From positions 1,479,765 to 1,543,764 of the forward strand of contig OZ242269.1 of the NCBI GenBank assembly GCA_965207175.1: a DNA stretch of 64,000 nt. Reading direction: 5' to 3'. Of the stretch, positions 18,443 through 26,015 are shown one piece after another. Origin of the DNA: Nitrospirales bacterium. GTDB lineage: Bacteria > Nitrospirota > Nitrospiria > Nitrospirales > UBA8639. Numbering within the stretch: the stretch's first letter is position 1; each line of letters begins with the position of its first letter. The notes under the pieces were generated by a model, which was not told the DNA's origin, did no database searches, and saw nothing but the letters and a program-made list of their open reading frames with translations. The translations under genes were made by a program, and so were the position numbers.

Positions 18443-20521
18443 ATGAAAGCGCAAGATATACAATTCACCCAACTGCTCGAAGGTTCGAAGCAGTTCATCA
18501 TCCCGATTTTTCAACGCACCTACAGTTGGGAAAAAAGTCATTGCCAACAGCTGTGGGACGACATCGTTCGCGTCGGCAAGAGCCCGGAGTTGAACAGCCA
18601 CTTCATCGGGTCTGCTGTTTACATTCCGGAAACCAATGTTGATGCCGCCATTCCGCGCTGGTTGGTGATTGACGGTCAACAGCGCATCACCACAATGACC
18701 TTGCTGTTGATCGCCCTCAAACGGCGACTGGAGGCGGATAATCTCGATGATCCGATTTCCGCTGCCGAGGTGGAGGATTACTACCTTCGCAATCGCCACG
18801 GCAAGGGCGATGCCGTCTATCGCATGCTGCTCACCCGCACGGACAAGAAAACACTGATGCGGTTGGTAGATGGCAAGGAGCCGGGAGAACACGACTCCTA
18901 CCGGATCATTGAAAACTTCAGGTTTTTCATGGCGGAGATCGCGAAGGCAAATCTCGGGGACGTTTGGAAAGGGATCAAGAAGCTCATGATCGTGGACGTC
19001 AGTCTGCAGCAGGGCATCGACAATCCGCAGATGATTTTTGAGAGCATGAACTCAACCGGCAAGGCGCTGACCCAGGCCGACCTGATCCGCAACTTTGTAC
19101 TCATGGGGCTGAAGCATGATCTACAGACCCGCCTTTACAACGACTATTGGCGGCCGATGGAGGTCGAGTTCGGCGACGAGAACTACATCAACGAGTTTGA
19201 TGAGTTCATGCGCTACTACCTCGTCATCCACACCGGGAACGTTCGCATCCGGCGGGGTGATGTCTACGACGAATTCAAGGCCTATTCCCGCAAGCACGAG
19301 GTCGAGACGCTACTCGGCTCGCTCAAGGAATTTGTAGGCTACTACTGCCGCATCGCACTGGGCACCGAGAAGAACAAAGATTTGGCCGAGGCGTTTCACG
19401 ACATCAAGAAACTGCAGGCCGATGTCTGCTATCCGATGCTCATGGAGGTGTATCAGGATTTCCGGCACGAGCAGATCAGCCATGAGGAGTTCCTGAGCGT
19501 CCTGAGAATGGTGGAAGGCTACGTCTTCCGCCGAGCTATCTGCGAAATACCGACCAACTCGCTGCGCCAGACTTTTGCCACGTTTATGCGTCAGGTGAAA
19601 AAAGACCGGTATGTCGAGAGCGTGAAAGCCGGATTTTTGATGTTGCCCTCCTACCGCCGCTTTCCTGCTGACGATGAATTCATCCGCCAGATCCAGATCC
19701 GCAATCTGTATAATTTCAACCGGCGGTCCTACTGGTTACGCCGCTTTGAAAATCATGGGCGCAAGGAGCGCACCTTAGTGGAGGATTACACCATTGAACA
19801 CATCATGCCCCAGAGCGACGATCTAAATGCCCAATGGCGTGCGGATCTTGGCGAAGACTGGGAACGCATCCACGAGCAATACCTCCACACCCTCGGCAAC
19901 CTCACCCTCACCGGTTACAACTCCGAATACAGCGACCGTTCATTCACAGAAAAGCGCGACATGTCTGGCGGATTAAAAGAAAGTCCACTCAAGCTGAATC
20001 AGGGGCTCGGAGCTTGTGAGGTCTGGAATGAGTCTGCGATCAAAAAGCGCAGCGAAATCCTGGCTAAAGCCGCCGCAGGCATCTGGCCCGCGCCAAATCT
20101 TCCGGAGGACATCCTGCACGCCTACAAGCCTTTGCCACCCGAAGGCACGAGCTACACCATTTCCGACCACCCGCATCTGCAGGGCGGACTCCCTCGTGAA
20201 TTGTTTGAGGCCTTTCGCGTGCAGGTTCTGGCATTGGACGAATGCGTGAACGAGGAGTTTCTCAAGCTCTACGTTGCTTACAAGGCGGAGACAAACTTCG
20301 TCGACGTTGTGCCGCAGGCGAAAGGACTTCGTTTGAGCCTGAACCTCAATTTCCCGGAAATCGATGATCCACGCGGCGTGTGCCGAGACATCACCAATCT
20401 TGGCCGATGGGGCAACGGAAATGTTGAAGTCCGCTTGGAGAAACACGAAGACCTGACCTACATCTTCGGGCTCGTTCGGCAGGCATTGGAAAAACAGTTG
20501 GGCGAAGAGGAAGAGGACTGA
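18443..20521 (+). CDS. GmrSD-like DUF262/DUF1524 nuclease (putative type IV, modification-dependent restriction enzyme) with extra C-terminal domain
   Basis: 692 aa. The N-terminus has FIIPIFQRTYSWEKSHCQQLWDDI and WLVIDGQQRITT (DUF262/ParB-like NTPase motifs). Residues ~450-500 have YTIEHIMPQS...LHTLGNLTLTGYNSEYSDRSF (DUF1524 His-Me finger pattern). About 150 further residues follow (KLYVAYKAETNFVDVVPQAKGLRLSLNL...GNGNVEVRL). The gene starts 12 nt after the hsdR stop. Confidence 0.8.
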   Translation: MKAQDIQFTQLLEGSKQFIIPIFQRTYSWEKSHCQQLWDDIVRVGKSPELNSHFIGSAVYIPETNVDAAIPRWLVIDGQQRITTMTLLLIALKRRLEADNLDDPISAAEVEDYYLRNRHGKGDAVYRMLLTRTDKKTLMRLVDGKEPGEHDSYRIIENFRFFMAEIAKANLGDVWKGIKKLMIVDVSLQQGIDNPQMIFESMNSTGKALTQADLIRNFVLMGLKHDLQTRLYNDYWRPMEVEFGDENYINEFDEFMRYYLVIHTGNVRIRRGDVYDEFKAYSRKHEVETLLGSLKEFVGYYCRIALGTEKNKDLAEAFHDIKKLQADVCYPMLMEVYQDFRHEQISHEEFLSVLRMVEGYVFRRAICEIPTNSLRQTFATFMRQVKKDRYVESVKAGFLMLPSYRRFPADDEFIRQIQIRNLYNFNRRSYWLRRFENHGRKERTLVEDYTIEHIMPQSDDLNAQWRADLGEDWERIHEQYLHTLGNLTLTGYNSEYSDRSFTEKRDMSGGLKESPLKLNQGLGACEVWNESAIKKRSEILAKAAAGIWPAPNLPEDILHAYKPLPPEGTSYTISDHPHLQGGLPRELFEAFRVQVLALDECVNEEFLKLYVAYKAETNFVDVVPQAKGLRLSLNLNFPEIDDPRGVCRDITNLGRWGNGNVEVRLEKHEDLTYIFGLVRQALEKQLGEEEED

Positions 20522-20663
20522 TCATCTTCGCAAACCGGGGCAAGCTTCAGAAGGCAAAGTCATGAACCACCACGAGAAAATACACGAAGTCGAATTTCCG
20601 GAGAACAACCCGGAACACACGCCAGCCAGAATCGAAAAGGCCGGCGGCTCGATTGTCACACCC

Positions 20664-20936
20664 GTCATTCTCGCCAGCAGGCGGGAATCCAGGCTATTGT
20701 TCGCGATTAAGAACTGGATTCCCGGGCAAGGCCCGAGAATGACGGCAAAAGAAAGACACGCACGGGAAGGACGGTGAAAGAAAGACACGCGTCATTCTCG
20801 CCGGTAGGCGGGAATCCAAATGGTGGTGGGAATGACCCTCCCCCTCCCCGCTGTCATTCTCGCCAGCAGGCGGGAATCCAGTCCTGTTGTTTCTTGCTTA
20901 AGAACTGGATTCCCGGGCAAGGCCCGAGAATGACGG
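20664..20936. repeat. Hairpin-repeat array B (5 units)
   Basis: Plus-orientation units GTCATTCTCGCC(AGCA/GGTA)GGCGGGAATCC start at 20664, 20791 and 20863. Minus-orientation units CTGGATTCCCGGGCAAGGCCCGAGAATGACGG start at 20714 and 20905. AAAGAAAGACACGC sub-repeats and a GGGAATGACCCTCCCCCTCCCCGCT leader motif are also present. The array lies between the convergent 3' ends of the GmrSD-like gene and the peroxidase gene. Confidence 0.9.
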
Positions 20937-20997
20937 CAAGAGGGGAAACCCAGCAATGGCAACGTTGCGGTGGCGCGACGTTATGGTGTGACCCGCC

Positions 20998-22146
20998 TTA
21001 TTGGGGGAACGTGCGCGGGGGGGTGACGTTCCAGCCTTCTCCGTTCAGGGCGTGTAGAAATTCCACGAGGTCTTCCTTTTCCTGCTCGGTCAGTTTCAAC
21101 GGGGTGATGGAGGGGGCCAGTTGGGGATTCGGTGTTCCGCCACGGTCGTAAAAATCAATCACCTGGCGTAACGTCACTTGGCTGCCGTCGTGCATATAGG
21201 GGGCCGTTCTGGCGACTTCGCGGAGTGTGGGCGTTTTGAACGCGCCGCGATCTTCGGGGGTTTTCGTGACGGCGTAGCGGCCGGCGTCACCCTCGTCCTG
21301 CTTCCACCCCACGCCAAGGTTATGAAATTCTTCGTCGGTGAAATTGAACCCGAAATGACAGCGCAGGCACTGGCCTTTGCCCAGGAACACGCGAAAGCCG
21401 TTTTGGGCATTTTCAGATAAGGCGTCCGCCTCGTCTGCATGGATGAATCGGTCGTAGGGGCTATTCCCGGACAGCAGGGTGCGTTGAAAGCTGGCAAGGG
21501 CTTTGCCGATCAGGTCAACCGTGATGGGCATCTTCCCGAAGGCTTGCTCAAAGAGTGGATGATAACCGGCAATCGTCTTCACTTTGGCGACCAGCGCGTC
21601 GTGGTTGGGAAACCCATGCTCCACGGGGCTGATGAACGGGCCGACGGATTGGGCTTCCAGCGTGGCGGCGCGCCCGTCCCAAAACTGGACCGAGCTGAAA
21701 ACGCGGTTGATGGCCGTTGGCGCACTGCGATCGCCCTGTTGGTGGTGAATACCGGTGGAGACCGGCTGCCCGTCGGTAAACGCCAGAGGCGCCATGTGGC
21801 AGCTCGCGCATGAGATAGTCTCGTTCGCCGACAGGCGCGTATCAAAGAACAGCAGTTTGCCGAGTTCCACTTTTTCCGTGGTGAGGGGGTTGTCTTTGGG
21901 AATCACGAGACTGTCCGCTTCCAGCCCCAGCGGCAGTGTCAGGCGAAATTCTGCGCGGGCCTGGGAGATTCCCTGATGGGTGGTCACACAGATCAGCAAC
22001 AGCCCCAGGAGCAGCGACCATCGAGCACGGGAATCGCTAAGCGCGGCGTGAATGTTTTTTTCTCCAGTGCGACTCGTCATGGTGTAACTCCAGCGTTGAG
22101 TGCGGTTCGTCATGGTGTCAGATTGCATCAACTCGTCAAACAGCAC
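20998..22146 (-). CDS. Di-haem cytochrome c peroxidase (CCP/MauG family)
   Basis: Two CxxCH haem motifs (CASCH, CLRCH), FWDGRAATLEAQ, and a signal-like RWSLLLGLLLICVTT. The start is uncertain (Met at 22146, or internal Met near 22080). Confidence 0.85.
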   Translation of the reverse strand: MLFDELMQSDTMTNRTQRWSYTMTSRTGEKNIHAALSDSRARWSLLLGLLLICVTTHQGISQARAEFRLTLPLGLEADSLVIPKDNPLTTEKVELGKLLFFDTRLSANETISCASCHMAPLAFTDGQPVSTGIHHQQGDRSAPTAINRVFSSVQFWDGRAATLEAQSVGPFISPVEHGFPNHDALVAKVKTIAGYHPLFEQAFGKMPITVDLIGKALASFQRTLLSGNSPYDRFIHADEADALSENAQNGFRVFLGKGQCLRCHFGFNFTDEEFHNLGVGWKQDEGDAGRYAVTKTPEDRGAFKTPTLREVARTAPYMHDGSQVTLRQVIDFYDRGGTPNPQLAPSITPLKLTEQEKEDLVEFLHALNGEGWNVTPPRTFPQ

Positions 22147-22229
22147 CGTCCATCATGCCACAATGCCAGCCCACTGGCAACGGATTCCCCCGTGCAGGTG
22201 TGGGGAGGAAGTGGGAAGGACGGCGACAC

Positions 22230-22870
22230 GCACACGAGAATGATGGCCTGGATTCACGGGGATGCCCCTCCCCCTCCGTCATTCTCGAGCCCTGCTCGGG
22301 AATCCAGGCTATCTTTCTCCCCATCCTTCCCCGTCCGCTATTTTCTCAAAAATGCCTGTTTTTGAGAAGTAAGGCCGTCATTTTCTGTGCCGTATTCATG
22401 CCGATAGCCAACCTTACATCGGTAACCACACTCCCCCGCTTTCCGCGTCCGTCATTCTCGCCAGCAGGCGGGAATCCAGGTTGGTGTTGTCGGCAGGCTT
22501 CCCCTCCGTCATTCTCGCCAGCAGGCGGGAATCCAGGTTGGTGTTTCCCACCGAAGAACTGGATTCCCGAGCAGGGCTCGAGAATGACGGAAAAAGAAAG
22601 ACACACACGACACAGAGAATGAGGGCCTGGATTCCCGAGCAGGGCTCGAGAATGACGGAAAAAGAAAGACACACACGGGAATGACCATCGCCCTTCCCCT
22701 CCGTCATTCTCGCCAGCAGGCGGGAATCCAGGCTCGTTGTTCCCGCTGAAAACCTGGATTCCCGGGGATGCCCCGAGAATGACGGAGGGGAGAGAGGCCG
22801 ATGATGGGGGGTTAAAGGGGCCGCTGGGGGGCATCCCCCACAGCACCCATCGAATGACGGAGGGAGGGGA
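22230..22870. repeat. Hairpin-repeat array C (7 units plus terminal ~85-nt module)
   Basis: Plus units start at 22278, 22451, 22508 and 22703. Minus units start at 22559, 22627 and 22754. There is a degenerate half-unit at ~22247. Stem variants CGAGC/GCTCG, CGCC/GGCG and CGGGG/CCCCG are present. The array fills the whole spacer between the peroxidase start and the mscS stop. Confidence 0.9.
22777..22860 (+). repeat. Second repeat type ('module T'), copy 1
   Basis: GAATGACGGAGGGGAGAGAGGCCGATGATGGGGGGTTAAAGGGGCCGCTGGGGGGCATCCCCCACAGCACCCATCGAATGACGG. It is bounded by a direct GAATGACGG repeat and has an internal GC hairpin GCTGGGGGG-CAT-CCCCCACAGC. It is homologous to 24684-24773 and 25822-25903. 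Confidence 0.8.
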
Positions 22871-22873
22871 GGG

Positions 22874-24034
22874 TTAAGTAGGATGCGAGGGGGGCACCAA
22901 GCCTGGAAGGGGAAATGTCTCGGGTTGGCCGGGGGGGAGGGATTCGACGTACAGCGATGTTGAGGGAAACGCAAAGGCTGTGCCATGGCTTTCGACGATG
23001 GTTTTGATTTTGTATGCGAGGCGTTCTTTGCATGCCAGCCATTCCCCCCATGCCGTGGTCTTCGTAAAACAATAGAGCATCAGATCAATGCTGGAGGCTC
23101 CAAAGGCGTCTACGAAAACAAAACACGGTGTTCCTTTTGACGGATCCGTTTCAAAGTCCGGGCTGGTGGTCAGGTAGGTCGTGACATCGTGAATGATCGC
23201 GCGCAGTTGATCCTGGGTCGTGCGGTATTCCACTCCGATCGTCCAGTAAATTCTTCGATTGGTCCTCCGGGAAAAATTCACGAGCGCGCCCCCGGCCAGC
23301 TTGGAGTTGGGAATGGTCACCAGGGCCTTATCAAACCGGCGAATTTTGGTGGCGCGAAATCCAATGTCTTCCACAGTCCCTTCCACATCCGGCGTCCGAA
23401 TCCAGTTTCCTTTTTCAAATATGCGATCCAGAAAAATGGTCAGTCCCGCGAACAAATTCGCAATGAAATCCTGGGCGCCAAAGGCCACGGCCATACCGAC
23501 AAGCCCCAACCCCCCCAGGACAGCCGCCACGTTAAAGCCCCATTCCTGAAAGACGGTCGCAATCCCAAGGCAGACCACGATGAATTTGGTGAGTTTGACA
23601 AAAAACCCCTTCATGGTGTCGCGCATGCTTGAACTGGTCACCATGGAAATCCCGCGATCCATGAGAGACGAAAAAGGGTCAATGGCCCGGAACAGGGTCC
23701 AGAACAATGTCAGTGCGATCAGGGAACGAATGAGTCTGTCAAAAATCTCGTTGGCGGCCTCGCCCAGTGGGATGAACTGACTGGCCATGTAGAACCCGAC
23801 GACGACGAATGCAAGCCCAAGGGGTTTTTCCATGGTGGCGAGCAACAGATCATCAAGATCCGTTTTGGTTTTTTGGGTGAGGGGTCGAAGCGAGGACAGG
23901 ATGAGCCGGAAAAAAACGCGGCGCAGCCCCAGAAAAGCAAACAGCACGAGAAGTGCCGACACGACTTCACCAAGGCTGATGCCCAGGGCACCCGTGTGCC
24001 ACACCTCCACCACTCTTTCCCAGAATTTCGTCAT
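22874..24034 (-). CDS. Small-conductance mechanosensitive channel (MscS family)
   Basis: 386 aa with N-terminal TM helices. The pore-lining and beta-domain region reads GGLGLVGMAVAFGAQDFIANLFAGLTIFLDRIFEKGNWIRTPDVEGTVEDIGFRATKIRRFDKALVTIPNSKL. Confidence 0.88.
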   Translation of the reverse strand: MTKFWERVVEVWHTGALGISLGEVVSALLVLFAFLGLRRVFFRLILSSLRPLTQKTKTDLDDLLLATMEKPLGLAFVVVGFYMASQFIPLGEAANEIFDRLIRSLIALTLFWTLFRAIDPFSSLMDRGISMVTSSSMRDTMKGFFVKLTKFIVVCLGIATVFQEWGFNVAAVLGGLGLVGMAVAFGAQDFIANLFAGLTIFLDRIFEKGNWIRTPDVEGTVEDIGFRATKIRRFDKALVTIPNSKLAGGALVNFSRRTNRRIYWTIGVEYRTTQDQLRAIIHDVTTYLTTSPDFETDPSKGTPCFVFVDAFGASSIDLMLYCFTKTTAWGEWLACKERLAYKIKTIVESHGTAFAFPSTSLYVESLPPGQPETFPLPGLVPPSHPT

Positions 24035-24164
24035 GATGTGCCTCGTTGGTAAGACCGCCCGCCTTTTGCCGCGTTCACGAACGCTGGCGGGGGCGGGACG
24101 TACAATAGCGGTTTTGGGCGTGCCTTGTCTAAATGATTTTCAATGCCCACTGGCGCTGGGGGTG

Positions 24165-24800
24165 GTTCTCCCCTCCGTCATTCTCGAGCCCTGCTCGGGA
24201 ATCCAGGCCCTCCCTTCCTTCCCATCCGTCAGGCGGGGGACGGAGGGGGAAAAAGACAACCTGGATTCCCGCCTTCGGCGAGAATGACGGACGGGGAGGG
24301 ACGGGGAGAAAGACAACCTGGATTCCCGCCTTCGGCGAGAATGACGGCGGGGGAAGCGGAGGGGAAGGGGAAGGGTCATTGTCGGTGTCGCGCATTTTCT
24401 CCCCTCCGTCATTCTCGAGCCTTGCTCGGGAATCCAGGCCGCCATTGTCAGTGTCGTGTCTTTCTTTTTCCGTCATTCTCGGGGCATCCCCGGGAATCCA
24501 GGCCGCCATTGTCGGTGTCGTGCGTGTCTTTCTCCCCTCCGTCATTCTCGAGCCTTGCTCGGGAATCCAGGCCGCCATTGTCGGTGTCGTGCGTGTCTTT
24601 CTCCCCTCCGTCATTCTCGGGGCATCCCCGGGAATCCAGGTTTTCAGTGGGAAACAACGGGCATGGATTCCCACCTTCGGCGAGAATGACGGCGGGAGGG
24701 GATGGCCGACAATGGGTGGGCTAAATGGGCCGCTGGGGGGGGGCCGCCCCCCCCCAGCGCCATCGAATGACAGCCGGGGAGGGAAAGGGTCATTCCCGAT
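24165..24800. repeat. Hairpin-repeat array D (8 units plus module T)
   Basis: Plus units start at 24177, 24408, 24472, 24541 and 24610; the last four form a 64-69 bp tandem series with conserved linker CCGCCATTGTC(A/G)GTGTCGTG(CG)TGTCTTTCT. Minus units start at 24261, 24318 and 24663. The array lies in the divergent spacer between mscS and doxX. Confidence 0.9.
24684..24773 (+). repeat. Module T, copy 2
   Basis: GAATGACGGCGGGAGGGGATGGCCGACAATGGGTGGGCTAAATGGGCCGCTG(9)CCGC(9)AGCGCCATCGAATGACAG. The layout matches copies 1 and 3, but the hairpin stem is lengthened to G9/C9. Confidence 0.8.
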
Positions 24801-25021
24801 GTCATCTGTGGGGGCGCTATGCGTGAGCGGGTGAGTGAAAAAGTGATGGTCAAGTACGGGTAGGGAGTTTACTATTGATTGATTTGTCGGGCATGTGTTA
24901 GTCGGGGACGAATCGTGCTTTGGGAATATTTTACAAACTATGTGATCTCAAGACCGTCCGGGGGCATGGCGTTCTACTCGAACGCTCCCCTGGTGCTTGA
25001 GTGTCAAAAGGAGGTCTCGCG

Positions 25022-25402
25022 ATGTTTATGCAAGCGTACACCAATCAGGCTTATGCGTTGTTTCGTATTGTGACCGGGCTGTTGTTTGTCTGGCACGGCA
25101 CGCAAAAACTGTTTGCGTTTCCCATGGCCCATCCGATGGCGGATCAAATTCCGGCGTTTGTGACGTACATCGCCGGGCCGATTGAACTGATTGGCGGATT
25201 GCTGGTCATGGTGGGATTGTTCACCAGATGGACCGCGTTTGTCTGTGCCGGGCTGATGGCCGCTGCCTATTGGATGATGCACGGGATGAAGGCGTTCTGG
25301 CCGATTCTGAACGGGGGAGAGCTAGCCATCATGTTTTGCTTTGCGTTCCTGGTTATTGCCACACAAGGGTCTGGGATTTGGTGTGTGTGTAAGAAGAGCT
25401 AG
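25022..25402 (+). CDS. DoxX family membrane protein
   Basis: Met-8 of ORF 25001..25402 is preceded by AAAGGAGG (good SD). YALFRIVTGLLFVWHGTQKLF...PIELIGGLLVMVGLFTRW is the DoxX signature. Confidence 0.8.
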   Translation: MFMQAYTNQAYALFRIVTGLLFVWHGTQKLFAFPMAHPMADQIPAFVTYIAGPIELIGGLLVMVGLFTRWTAFVCAGLMAAAYWMMHGMKAFWPILNGGELAIMFCFAFLVIATQGSGIWCVCKKS

Positions 25403-25404
25403 AC

Positions 25405-26012
25405 GGGGAGAAAGATAGCCTGGATTCCCACCTTCGGTGAGAATGACGGAGGGGGAGGGACGGGGAGAGTGACGGACGGGGAGGCGGCGAGTATGTCGCG
25501 CATTTTCTCCCCTCCGTCATTCTCGGGGCATCCCCGGGAATCCAGGCCACCATTGTCAGTGTCGTGTCTTTCTTTCTTTTTCCGTCATTCTCGGAGCATC
25601 CCCGGGAATCCAGGCCATCCCTTCCTTCCCTCCAATCCGTCAGGCGGGGAGGCCGCCGAGAACACCAACCTGGATTCCCGAGCAGGGCTCGAGAATGACG
25701 GACGGGGAAGGACGGGGAGCATGGTCGCGCATTTTCTCCCCTCCGTCATTCTCGGGGCATCCCCGGGAATCCAGATTTTCAGTGGGAAACAACGGGCCTG
25801 GATTCCCGAGCAAGGCTCGAAGAATGACGGAGGGGGGAGAGGCCGATAATGGGGGGTTAAAGGGGCCGCTGGGGGGCCTCCCCCTAGCGCCATCGAATGA
25901 CGGAGGGGGAAGGACGGAGGGGGAAAGACGGGGAGAAAGATAGCCTGGATTCCCACCTTCGGTGAGAATGACGGACGGGGAAGGACGGAGGGGGAAGGAC
26001 GGAAGGGGAAGG
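25405..26012. repeat. Hairpin-repeat array E (7 units plus module T)
   Basis: Minus units start at 25420, 25670, 25798 (one extra A in the arm) and 25945. Plus units start at 25516, 25584 and 25745. G/A-rich GGACGGGGA-type linkers run right up to the SD/ATG of the efflux OMF gene. Confidence 0.9.
25822..25903 (+). repeat. Module T, copy 3
   Basis: GAATGACGGAGGGGGGAGAGGCCGATAATGGGGGGTTAAAGGGGCCGCTGGGGGGCCTCCCCCTAGCGCCATCGAATGACGG. It is near-identical to copy 1 apart from compensating changes in the hairpin. Confidence 0.8.
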
Positions 26013-26015
26013 AGG

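Noticed and set aside
20522-20663. Small ORF 20562..20777 (MNHHEKIHEVEFPENNPEHTPARIEKAGGSIV...) downstream of the GmrSD-like gene.
   Set aside because: After ~33 codons it simply reads into hairpin units of array B. No SD was seen and no family recognised.
24735-24756. G9/C9 homopolymer pair as a phase-variation switch for mscS or doxX.
   Set aside because: The two tracts are the two arms of the module-T hairpin and lie >250 bp from either start codon. Length change would alter stem length, not a reading frame or promoter spacing that I can identify.
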